Assembly (NCBI GenBank): GCA_039980135.1
Contig: JBDXCV010000014.1
Location: 1,013-65,012 of the forward strand
From: Alphaproteobacteria bacterium
GTDB lineage: Bacteria > Pseudomonadota > Alphaproteobacteria > UBA6615
Length of the DNA stretch: 64,000 bases
Direction: 5' to 3'
The position numbers were made by a program, and so were the translations under genes. Below are positions 1 through 8,607 of this stretch, piece by piece. The notes beneath the pieces are model-generated. The model saw only the letters and a list, made by a program, of their open reading frames with translations, searched no databases and was not told the DNA's origin. Numbering within the stretch: position 1 is the first letter of the stretch; each line of letters starts with the position of its first letter.

Positions 1-3000
1 ATGGGAACCACGACCCGAACCGCTGGCCGAACCGTGGCCGTGGCTGCCCGAACCCGAGCCGCTGCCGCGACCATTCCGGCCCGATGCCGAGCCGCTGCCC
101 GAACCGCGATGCCCGGAACCCGAACCGCTGCCATGTCCATGATGGCCCGACGCAGACCCGCTGCCGGAACCGTGGCCGTGATGCCCGGAACCCGAGCCGG
201 AACCATGACCGTGATGGCCCGAACCGGAACCGTGACCCGATGCAGAGCCCGCGCCGCTGCCCGACGCGTCGGCGCCGTCGTATTCGATACCGCTGCGGAA
301 GAAGTTACCCTGAACGGTAACGTTCAGATTAACGTCGTTATGGTCGCCGTCACCGCCATTGACGATGTCTTCCCAGTTCTGGTTGCCCTCGACGGCAACA
401 TCTTCTTCATGGTCGAAGCCACCCGGATTCAGGTTCTCGTTCGAGAAGAAGACACCCGCGCCCTGGCCTGCCAGCGGCGATCCGTCGGAAATGACCGTCC
501 AGTCGCCACCGCTCTCGGCAAAGGTGACATCATCGCCGTCGGCGAGACCCGGATTGAGGTTCTCGCCATTCGGGATAATGAAGAAGCCGAGTTTCGTAGC
601 ACCGTCAAGCGCGTCGCTGTCCAGCGAGATCGTAACTTCGTCGCCCACACCGGGGCCGGAGTTCTTGACGTCCGCGAAGATGATTTCGCCCGAGACCGGG
701 TTGCCGTCCGCGCCGGCCAGGTAGTAGCCGAAGCTGTTGTCGTAACCCGCCAGCGAACTCAGAAAATCCGCGGTGATCGTGATGTCACACGCACCGGAGA
801 TGTCGAAACAGCCGTCGTTATTCGCAATATCCTCAAGCACGAACGAAGCCGGCGCATCGCCGTCGATGATGTCGTTGCCCGACTGGCCATACAGCTCATC
901 GTCGCCAACACCGCCGACGATCGTATCGTCGCCGCCCTGGCCGTACGCGACATCGTCACCCTCGCCGCCGTCAATGACGTCATCGCCACCTTCCACATCG
1001 GGTGCCGCCTTGACCTGCTCGGTCTGCTGATAGGAGACATCAAGCCAGCCATGGCCTTCCGTCGAGTACTCGGTGAGGAAGCCTTCGCTGTCATAGGCAG
1101 TTTCGATATCGGAGTTCGGATGCAGCCACATGCCGAGCTGCTCACCGAATTCGAGTCCGGTCCAGCCGCCCGCTTCCGGATACATCGGGTCATGACCGTT
1201 GATCGCCGACGCATCGATCGTGAAGTGGAACGTGTGCACATCACCCGATGCGTCCGTCTCGTAGGAAATATCCTGGACCCAGCTCGGATCGGCCAACGAA
1301 GACGCGATCGGATCGGGCGCCTGGGTGCCGGACGCCGAAGAGCCGTCAAAGTAGCTCGTCTGCGCATTCACACCGTTATAAGCATACGCCGTGAGGACAG
1401 GCTCCGAACCGCTCGCGTCGAAGTACAGCAGAGCGAGCTCACCGCCGAGGCCCTTGGGGTTCGCGCCGTCATTAAGAGCGAGCGAGAAGCCATTGGATTC
1501 ATTGCCATTTGTGTCGCTGACAACCATCGTGAAGGAGACGGTTTGCGAAGCGGTATCGATGCTCGTATCAACCGATTCGATCTTGCCGCCGGCGGACGAG
1601 CTGTTCGTGTCGCCATGTTCCCAGTGCCAGTCGTGCCCGACACAGTCGAGATCTCCATTGTCGCCAATGATCAGATCATCGCCGGCACCGCCGTCGATAT
1701 TGTCGTCGCCATATTCGCCGCCATCAACGGTCGTGTATTCGATCGATTTGACGTAATAGTCGCTGCTGTCGCCCGCGCCCGGAGGTGTGCCGTCGGCATA
1801 CTCACGGCCGGAGAAACGAATCTCGCTGAACTCTCCGATACCGGAGATGGTGAAGCTGCCGACATTGCCGCCGCCCGTGATCTCGGGCCCGAATTCGCCG
1901 GACCCCACCAGATTGCCGCCGGCGTCATATGCCTGCCACGCGCCCTGCTCGCCGCCATTCTCGGTTGCGTACATCCGCGAAACCGTGACCGTCGCTTCGG
2001 TCGCCGGGCTATCGAAGGTGGCGACCAGCGCTTCGGACGTTCCATCGGACGAATGATTGATCTGGTTGCCGACCGGGCTGCCGCCGGCGACGCCGACGCC
2101 GTCACCATCATAGGTAACCGTGGCTTCGTCGCCGTCAAAATCATATGCCGTCAAGGTGACGCCCGCATCATCCCAGTCCTGCGCCCCACCGGTCGCAAAG
2201 AATGTCTCCGAAGTGCCCCCGTCGGCATTGTCACCGATCAGCAGATCTTCGCCGTCATTGCCCGAAATCGTGTCGTCATCGGCGCCGCCGGCGATCTTGT
2301 CGTCGAGGCCGCGGCCCGTGATGGTATCATCGCCCGCGCCAGCATTGAACATGACATCGGTATCGTAGCCGGCCTGGTTCGCCTCACCCTGGCTGGATGC
2401 CATGGTGACCGTATCGTCGCTGCCAAGCGCGTCATACTGGGTGCCGTCTTCATAGGTGCCCGCCTGGACATCATCAAAATCAACCGTGTCGGACTGCTCG
2501 GTGAACAGCGGATCGAGCTCGAGGCTGACTTCGTCGCCATCGACGAGAACCGTCAGGTCTTCCCAGTCCTGCACACGAATGCCTAGATTGCTGAACGTCT
2601 GTTTGGCGCCGCTGTCCGTCGAAATGTCGGCATTGGCCGCGATGAACGCGTCCAGCGCCTGGAGATCCGCGAAGATATCCGGATCGGCGAACTGGGCCGA
2701 TGTCAACGAGATGACCAGCGTGTCCGAACCGGTGCCGCCGTCATACCAGTCGACGCGACCACCATTCTCGCCGCCGACAAACAGCCCGACATCGTCGCCG
2801 CTATCGCCATCGACATGGTCGCGACCGACGCCGCCGTCGAGGAAATCGTTGCCCGAACCGCCCTTGAGCGTGTCATCACCCAGCTGGCCGAGGACGGTAT
2901 CGTTGCCCGAACCGCCATTCAGGTAATCGTTGAACGAAACATGTCCGCTGCCGCTGCCGCCATGGCCCGAGCCATGATGGGAGCCGTGACCGGAGCCGCT

Positions 3001-3324
3001 GCCCGAACCGCTGCCATTGCGCCGGCCCGAGCCCGAACCGCCCGCATATACATTCGGCCCGTCGCCCATCAGGACGTCGTCGCCGCTGCCACCATACAGC
3101 TGATCAGCGCCCGCGCCGCCGATCAGCGTGTCGTTGCCGGCACCGCCCTTGAGCTTGTCGTTCCCTGCACCGCCGTCGATCCAGTCGTTGCCGGCGCCTC
3201 CATCGACGTAGTCATTGCCGTCGCCGGCATTGACAGTATCGTCGCCCTTCTTCGCCCGGATATCGTCATTCCGGCGCGTTCCGTTGATGGAGTCGTTTCC
3301 GTTGGAGCCGTTAATGCGTGCCAT
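1..3324 (-). CDS. Giant secreted Ca2+-binding RTX-repeat protein with DUF4114-like domain and His/Gly/Ser-rich tracts; C-terminal end outside the window (at least 1108 codons visible)
   Basis: Own translation: the ATG (complement of 3322-3324) gives MARINGSNGNDSINGTRRNDDIRAKKGDD. GGxGxD nonapeptides DGGAGNDWIDGGAGNDKLKGGAGNDTLIGGAGADQLYGGSGDD lie at about 3060-3250, with further blocks near 2790-2935, 2230-2340, 1660-1740 and 850-1000. A DUF4114-like block LGFFIIPNG...VFFSNENLNPGGFDH...WEDIVNGGDGDHNDV lies at 300-735. The frame stays open to nt 1. It is not in the ORF track because no stop codon falls inside the window. Confidence 0.85.
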   Translation of the reverse strand, partial: MARINGSNGNDSINGTRRNDDIRAKKGDDTVNAGDGNDYVDGGAGNDWIDGGAGNDKLKGGAGNDTLIGGAGADQLYGGSGDDVLMGDGPNVYAGGSGSGRRNGSGSGSGSGHGSHHGSGHGGSGSGHVSFNDYLNGGSGNDTVLGQLGDDTLKGGSGNDFLDGGVGRDHVDGDSGDDVGLFVGGENGGRVDWYDGGTGSDTLVISLTSAQFADPDIFADLQALDAFIAANADISTDSGAKQTFSNLGIRVQDWEDLTVLVDGDEVSLELDPLFTEQSDTVDFDDVQAGTYEDGTQYDALGSDDTVTMASSQGEANQAGYDTDVMFNAGAGDDTITGRGLDDKIAGGADDDTISGNDGEDLLIGDNADGGTSETFFATGGAQDWDDAGVTLTAYDFDGDEATVTYDGDGVGVAGGSPVGNQINHSSDGTSEALVATFDSPATEATVTVSRMYATENGGEQGAWQAYDAGGNLVGSGEFGPEITGGGNVGSFTISGIGEFSEIRFSGREYADGTPPGAGDSSDYYVKSIEYTTVDGGEYGDDNIDGGAGDDLIIGDNGDLDCVGHDWHWEHGDTNSSSAGGKIESVDTSIDTASQTVSFTMVVSDTNGNESNGFSLALNDGANPKGLGGELALLYFDASGSEPVLTAYAYNGVNAQTSYFDGSSASGTQAPDPIASSLADPSWVQDISYETDASGDVHTFHFTIDASAINGHDPMYPEAGGWTGLEFGEQLGMWLHPNSDIETAYDSEGFLTEYSTEGHGWLDVSYQQTEQVKAAPDVEGGDDVIDGGEGDDVAYGQGGDDTIVGGVGDDELYGQSGNDIIDGDAPASFVLEDIANNDGCFDISGACDITITADFLSSLAGYDNSFGYYLAGADGNPVSGEIIFADVKNSGPGVGDEVTISLDSDALDGATKLGFFIIPNGENLNPGLADGDDVTFAESGGDWTVISDGSPLAGQGAGVFFSNENLNPGGFDHEEDVAVEGNQNWEDIVNGGDGDHNDVNLNVTVQGNFFRSGIEYDGADASGSGAGSASGHGSGSGHHGHGSGSGSGHHGHGSGSGSASGHHGHGSGSGSGHRGSGSGSASGRNGRGSGSGSGSHGHGSASGSGRGSH

Positions 3325-3805
3325 GTCCCATCGCCTTTTCGCGTGGTCGTTGCGGGGTTACTGAGCTGGATTGTCCCCGGGGAACGCCCCCAAAAACACC
3401 GGCCTGTATGCGCGTATAGACGCAAAAACCGTACCAGTTCACTTGCTACCTGTTGAACAGCCGGGCAAACGCACACGCCCAACCATCCATTTGAGCCATC
3501 GGTCCGGTAGCCTCCCCCGCCCCCGGGCACTAAGCTGCTCAAAAAAGCATGCATATTCTAATCATACACTGGGATGATTCAAACTATTTTCCCAAATTAA
3601 TTATATAAAATTATCAATAACCTAGCAGAATTTGGACAACATTCCTGACGCACATAACCACCTCCATGCGTAGACAGCGGAGCAGACACGACTACCGTGC
3701 AGACTGTCTTCTTTGGCACCGGGGCGAATGAATGTTAGTTAATGGAAAGGTGCTCAAAAAACGCCGCTCTATCCCGCGACTGTTTCGCAAATTGTTAGTC
3801 GCATA

Positions 3806-4753
3806 TTGAGAATATTTACCTTGAATCCGAACAAAATGCGCATTCCATCCGTCGTCACGGGCGTGCTCTTCGCGAGCCTTTCGACGATGATCGGCGGTGT
3901 AACCGTCGTGCTCACCCGGCTGATCATTTCCCAGTCGGATTCACTCACATTCGCGTCCGTCCGCTACGGGTTGGCCGCCATCTTCCTATTTGCGGTCCTG
4001 CTGATAACGGCCCGCATTCCGCATATTTCCAGGCGGGACTTCCTCGGGCTCGCCCTGTTCGGCATCATCATGTTCTCGGGCTTCCCGTTTTTCATGACCC
4101 GGGCGCTCGAGGACACCACCGCAGCCCGCGGTGCGCTTATGTTTGCCATACTTCCGCTCGTTACGATTCTGATCGGCACCCTCTTCCGGATCGAACGGCT
4201 GACATTGCGCAAACTCGTCGGGATCGCGATCGCCATAACCGGCACTTCGATCGTCCTGGGAGAAAGTGCAGCCGACGCGGCGCCGCAGGCCATCCGAGGC
4301 GATGCCTTCATGTTCCTGGCCATACTGTGTGCAGCTGTTTTCAATGTGTTTTCAACGCGATACTTCGCACGCTACGGCAGCCTCGCCGTTGTCTCGATCG
4401 CTATGGTCATCGGCAGCGCGGTCCTGTTTGCATTGGCCGTTGCGTTCGGACATCCCTTCTCGGGATCCCTCGATTTCGATCTCCGGGGCTGGTTCATCAT
4501 GTTTCTGCTGGCCATACCCGGCGCCGCGTTCATGAACTTCCTGTGGGGGCGCTCCCTACAACTGATCACCCCAACCCAGGCCACCATCACGGTTGGCCTC
4601 AATCCTGTTACCGCCCTGCTTCTGGGTGCCTGGATTCTCTCCGAACCGATCACCTTTCGCATCGTCATCGGCGTGGCCCTTTTGATCACCGCGATTGTCG
4701 TGACCACTACCGAACCGCGCAACTCACCGGCCGTGCCGACATCATCCGGATAA
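3806..4753 (+). CDS. EamA/DMT-superfamily transporter (about 10 TM)
   Basis: 315-aa ORF, hydrophobic throughout, with two EamA-like halves (SVRYGLAAIFLFAVLL...; LNPVTALLLGAWILSEP). TTG at 3806; the first in-frame ATG is at 3836 (MRIPSVV). Confidence 0.8.
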   Translation: MRIFTLNPNKMRIPSVVTGVLFASLSTMIGGVTVVLTRLIISQSDSLTFASVRYGLAAIFLFAVLLITARIPHISRRDFLGLALFGIIMFSGFPFFMTRALEDTTAARGALMFAILPLVTILIGTLFRIERLTLRKLVGIAIAITGTSIVLGESAADAAPQAIRGDAFMFLAILCAAVFNVFSTRYFARYGSLAVVSIAMVIGSAVLFALAVAFGHPFSGSLDFDLRGWFIMFLLAIPGAAFMNFLWGRSLQLITPTQATITVGLNPVTALLLGAWILSEPITFRIVIGVALLITAIVVTTTEPRNSPAVPTSSG

Positions 4754-4876
4754 AACCGGGGATCATTCTCCCTAACCGTTAATACATTGTAAATTCAGTA
4801 AGTTTTAATCACATCTCTCTAGCGTCAGAGGTGCGATGTCGGATTATCCGGCATTCCTGACCGTAAGGAGACTGAC

Positions 4877-5191
4877 ATGTTTGGGACAAAGAGCCTGTTC
4901 GCTGGGCTGGTCCTGTCGGTCGTTGCAGGAAGCAACATTGCAGAAGCAGCCCAGCCAAATCGTTCGTGCACCGATCGCGCGAGCGCCCTCACCCATTTAG
5001 CCAAGAAGTATAGCGAGGCGCCGGTCGCCATCGGGCTCGCGAACAACGGCGGTGTGGTGGAAGTGCTTACCGATTCCGCAGGAACAACCTGGTCGATCAT
5101 CATCACCATGCCGGACGGCCTGGCTTGTATCGTCGCCGCGGGGGAACATTGGGAACCGCTGCAGCCGATCAAGGCTGGATCGCGAATTTAA
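4877..5191 (+). CDS. Small secreted hypothetical protein (104 aa)
   Basis: AAGGAG lies about 7 nt upstream of the ATG. N-terminal signal peptide MFGTKSLFAGLVLSVVAGSNIAEA; two Cys in the mature part. No family recognised. Confidence 0.65.
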   Translation: MFGTKSLFAGLVLSVVAGSNIAEAAQPNRSCTDRASALTHLAKKYSEAPVAIGLANNGGVVEVLTDSAGTTWSIIITMPDGLACIVAAGEHWEPLQPIKAGSRI

Positions 5192-5205
5192 CGGATTCCC
5201 GGCCC

Positions 5206-5691
5206 CTACTGGCCCGGCAGTCCGTCATGGACAACTCTGTCGCCGACGTTGATGCCGAGGCGTCGGGCGGTCCCGGCGTTGAGCTCCAGCACCGCGCGCG
5301 CACGCTTGCGCGACGAGATCGTCGTTCGCGACAGTGGAATGGTGTTTTCGGCGATCCGAACGATACGGCCATCAGAAGCGATGAAAAGCATATCCAGCGG
5401 AAGGTAGGTATTCGCCATCCACATGGACAGAACACGGTCGCGGCGATAGATAAACAGCATCCCAGCATCCGGCGCCATTTCGTTGCGAAACATCAGCCCC
5501 CGGGCCCGCTGTTCATCATTTGTTGCGATCTCAATTTCGAAATTGTGCACGGCTTCGACCGTCTCGATTTTGAGGGTCGAACGGTCGAACGCCACATCGT
5601 CCTGCGCGAGTGCGGGAGCGTACAAAAAGAGAACGAATAGTAGCGGTATTACCGTATTACCTGCCCGGTATATATTATTTATTTTCAACAT
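5206..5691 (-). CDS. DUF192 domain protein, secreted
   Basis: Signal peptide followed by the DUF192 pattern RARGLMFRNEMAPDAGMLFIY...MWMANTYLPLDMLFI...AVLELNAG. It starts 4 nt after the upstream HDAC-like gene ends. Confidence 0.8.
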   Translation of the reverse strand: MLKINNIYRAGNTVIPLLFVLFLYAPALAQDDVAFDRSTLKIETVEAVHNFEIEIATNDEQRARGLMFRNEMAPDAGMLFIYRRDRVLSMWMANTYLPLDMLFIASDGRIVRIAENTIPLSRTTISSRKRARAVLELNAGTARRLGINVGDRVVHDGLPGQ

Positions 5692-5695
5692 CGTA

Positions 5696-6874
5696 TTACC
5701 CGTTCGTCGACTTTCTCAATTGCATGTTGTAGGCCCTCTCCACAAGCGCGCGAACCGGCGCCCGAACGGCGCCCTGTCCGGGCAAATCGGCAATACTTTC
5801 GAACCAGTGCGCCGGCGGATTTCGTCCCCCCGCGCGATTCCATTCAAGCCCGGCCAAAACCAAACGCGATGCCCCATCGAGCACGTCGGGAATCTCAAAT
5901 CCGTTCAATACCGCCCACACACCGGACCAACACCGCGCGACACTCCAGGGATTGTACCCCCCGCCCCCGGTTACGAGCATCCGCGGCGCGAGGCTTGCCA
6001 CCCTTGAGACGGCCCGCCAGATCGCCCGGTTGCTCAATTCCATCCGGCTTAGCGGGTCGTCCGCCAACGCATCGGCGCCGCATTGCAGGACCACGACCTC
6101 GGCGCCGTAACGTTGTCCGATCGGCATGACAATCTCCTCGATGATCAAATCGAACTCGGAATCGCGTAAGCCGCGCGGCACCGGAATATTGCAGGCGGTG
6201 CCGCCCGCATCGTCATCCAGGCCGCCGGTGAAAGGCCAGCGGCGTTCCTCATGGATCGAAAGCGTAAACACGCCCGGGTCACCGGCAAACGCGTCCTGTA
6301 CGCCGTCTCCATGGTGGGCGTCGAAATCGAGGTACAGAATTCGCGTGAATCCGAGATCCTTCAAACGCAGCAACCCCAGGGCCAGGTCGTTGAAATAGCA
6401 GAAACCGCTCGCCCGATCCGGGCGGCCGTGATGGGTTCCGCCTGCCGGACTGTATACGATCCCGGAATCGACCGAGCCGAGCAACTCCGCCCCCGCCAGC
6501 ACCGCGCCTGCCGACGTCGCGGGACGGCTGTACATGGTGTCGTGGATCGGATTCTCGAGGCGACCCAGATTGTAGCGTTCGCGGTCCGCAGCCGACAATT
6601 CGAGCAAACGCTCACCCCGGCGCAACGCATGCAGGTAATCCGGGTCGTGGAATCGCACAATTTCGGCGGGGCTCGCCGCAGCACTCTCGATATAGGCGTT
6701 GTCGGGCAACCAGCCCATGGCCCGGCACAGGTCGATGGTCGCGGGCACCCGGGCTACGGAAAGCGGGTGTTTCGGGCCGAAATTGGACCGCCTGTAGATA
6801 TCGTTGCCGATGAACAGCGGTCGGGCGAGCCTGCGAATTGGGGCTGGTGTGCGGGCGCGCGCAGTTTGGTTCAT
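5696..6874 (-). CDS. Histone deacetylase-family protein (AcuC / acetoin-utilisation-like deacetylase)
   Basis: Class I/II HDAC catalytic motifs GGTHHGRPDRASGFCYFND and DFDAHHGDGVQ; 392 aa. Confidence 0.9.
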   Translation of the reverse strand: MNQTARARTPAPIRRLARPLFIGNDIYRRSNFGPKHPLSVARVPATIDLCRAMGWLPDNAYIESAAASPAEIVRFHDPDYLHALRRGERLLELSAADRERYNLGRLENPIHDTMYSRPATSAGAVLAGAELLGSVDSGIVYSPAGGTHHGRPDRASGFCYFNDLALGLLRLKDLGFTRILYLDFDAHHGDGVQDAFAGDPGVFTLSIHEERRWPFTGGLDDDAGGTACNIPVPRGLRDSEFDLIIEEIVMPIGQRYGAEVVVLQCGADALADDPLSRMELSNRAIWRAVSRVASLAPRMLVTGGGGYNPWSVARCWSGVWAVLNGFEIPDVLDGASRLVLAGLEWNRAGGRNPPAHWFESIADLPGQGAVRAPVRALVERAYNMQLRKSTNG

Positions 6875-6954
6875 GGAATTTTCCTACCGTGGCGAGACGT
6901 TCTTGGCAATCGGGAGCGTTGACCTTTCGCACCCGCACACTTCATATTGAACAT

Positions 6955-7048
6955 CACCACACGGGGAGCCATTGCGGCTGAGAGGTCTCGCATTGTGCGG
7001 GACGACCCTTGGAACCTGATCCGGTTAGCACCGGCGGAGGGACGTGGA
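6955..7048 (+). promoter_or_regulatory. TPP (THI-box) riboswitch
   Basis: Conserved THI-element blocks ACGGGGAGCC...GCUGAGAG...ACCCUUGGAACCUGAUCCGGUUAGCACCGGCGGAGGGA. The GGAGG at 7036-7040 and the GTG start(s) lie at or inside the 3' end of the aptamer. Confidence 0.9.
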
Positions 7049-7835
7049 CGTGACTCCAACCGACCTGAACGATCCAGCGACCGCGGAAATGCTGGGGCTC
7101 AATGTTCGCAACGCCCGGCTCTCCTGGGGCGACACCGTTTTTCTGGACGGGTTTTCATTCTCCGCACCGGCGGGTTCGTGGACATGCCTGCTGGGCGAAA
7201 GCGGCGTCGGCAAATCCACCCTGCTCCGCGTCATCGCCGGGCTCATCGAGCCTGCCGCCCCGACCGAGATCCGGGCGCATGACGGCTCGCGGCTTGAAAA
7301 CCGGGTTGCGTACATGGCACAGCAGGATTTGCTGCTGCCCTGGCTGAGTGCGGCCGAAAACGTGGCACTGGGCGCGCGCCTTCGCGGCGAACGCGCTAAT
7401 CGCGCGCGCACTCTCGATATTCTGGACCGTGCGGGTGTCGCGGGGCGGGCGAATGCGCTGCCTTCGGAATTGTCCGGCGGCGAGCGCCAGCGTGTCGCCC
7501 TGGCACGGACCCTGATGGAGGAACGGCCGATCGTGCTCATGGACGAGCCGTTCTCTGCGCTGGATGCCATCACGCGCACGCGTCTGCAGGACCTCGCCGT
7601 GGAGCTGCTCGTCAACCGCACGGTGTTGATGGTGACCCATGACCCGTTCGAGGCCCTGCGACTGGCCGACGGCATTTTCGTCCTGACCGGCGGCATGCAA
7701 CCCGCCGACGCGTCCATCGTCCCCCCCGGATTGGCGCCACGTGACCCGACGGACCCCGCATTGCGGGATTCACACCACCGGATCATGCAACGCCTGACCG
7801 GCAACACGGCCCAGACCACCGGAGACGTGGCTTGA
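7044..7835 (+). CDS. thiZ: ABC transporter ATPase of a ThiXYZ-type hydroxymethylpyrimidine importer
   Basis: Walker A GESGVGKST, signature LSGGERQRVALART, Walker B VLMDEPFSALD. It lies directly behind the TPP riboswitch. The start is GTG 7044 (track) or the in-frame GTG 7050, which has better spacing to the GGAGG. Confidence 0.85.
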   Translation: MDVTPTDLNDPATAEMLGLNVRNARLSWGDTVFLDGFSFSAPAGSWTCLLGESGVGKSTLLRVIAGLIEPAAPTEIRAHDGSRLENRVAYMAQQDLLLPWLSAAENVALGARLRGERANRARTLDILDRAGVAGRANALPSELSGGERQRVALARTLMEERPIVLMDEPFSALDAITRTRLQDLAVELLVNRTVLMVTHDPFEALRLADGIFVLTGGMQPADASIVPPGLAPRDPTDPALRDSHHRIMQRLTGNTAQTTGDVA

Positions 7836-8596
7836 ACTATCTTCGCCCGGCCATCGTTTTCATCGGGATACTGGCGATATGGCAGGCCGCCGTCAGCGGC
7901 TTTGCGATTGCACCGTTCATCCTTCCCGGGCCACTCGCCGTGATAGACGTGGCCGTGGAACGCGCCGATACGATCGCCGGCCATGCGCTTGTGACCCTGA
8001 GCGAAATACTCCTGGGTCTCCTGTTCGGCACGCTTCTGGGAACGACCAGCGCGCTCGTCATGGCCTATTTCCGCCGTGCGCGCGCCTGGGTATTGCCCAT
8101 ACTTGTGGTGTCCCAGGCCGTCCCGGTATTCGCGCTCGCGCCGGTGCTGGTCTTGTGGTTCGGCTACGGGATCACCCCCAAGGTCGCGATGGCGACCCTC
8201 ATCATCTATTTCCCGGTCACCGCTGCCTTCTATGACGGGTTGCGGCGGACCGAGCCTGGCTGGGTCGATCTGGCCCGGACGATGGGTGCATCCAAGGCCG
8301 CCATCCTGCGGCAAATCCGAATCCCCGCAGCGCTACCCGCCTTCGCATCGGGCCTGCGTGTTGCCGCTGCCGTGGCCCCTATCGGTGCGGTGGTCGGCGA
8401 ATGGGTCGGCTCGTCGGCCGGGCTCGGCTATTACATGCTGCTGATGAACGGGCGGGTCCAGACGGACGCCATGTTCGCCGCCCTTCTCGTCCTCGCATTG
8501 CTTGCGGTCACGATCTACTTCCTCATCGATGCGGCACTTCGCCGACTGATCTCCTGGCAAGCCGACGTTGACCCCACGACTTCGAATCAACATTAG
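7832..8596 (+). CDS. thiX: ABC transporter permease (ThiX-like)
   Basis: 254 aa, about 6 TM, NitT/TauT-type permease. The TTG at 7832 overlaps the thiZ stop codon. Confidence 0.8.
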   Translation: MNYLRPAIVFIGILAIWQAAVSGFAIAPFILPGPLAVIDVAVERADTIAGHALVTLSEILLGLLFGTLLGTTSALVMAYFRRARAWVLPILVVSQAVPVFALAPVLVLWFGYGITPKVAMATLIIYFPVTAAFYDGLRRTEPGWVDLARTMGASKAAILRQIRIPAALPAFASGLRVAAAVAPIGAVVGEWVGSSAGLGYYMLLMNGRVQTDAMFAALLVLALLAVTIYFLIDAALRRLISWQADVDPTTSNQH

Positions 8597-8607
8597 AAAC
8601 AGGGCTT

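Noticed and set aside
1-2586. 861-aa plus-strand ORF starting at nt 1 (MGTTTRTAGRTVAVAARTRAAAAT...)
   Set aside because: It is the same-phase antisense shadow of the minus-strand RTX gene. Its composition is Arg/Ala/Val-dominated with no recognisable motifs, whereas the opposite frame shows RTX and DUF4114 signatures.
3714-3730. TGGCAC that might be a sigma-54 -24 element upstream of the EamA gene
   Set aside because: The required GC at the -12 position (GG-N10-GC spacing) is absent; the sequence there is AA.
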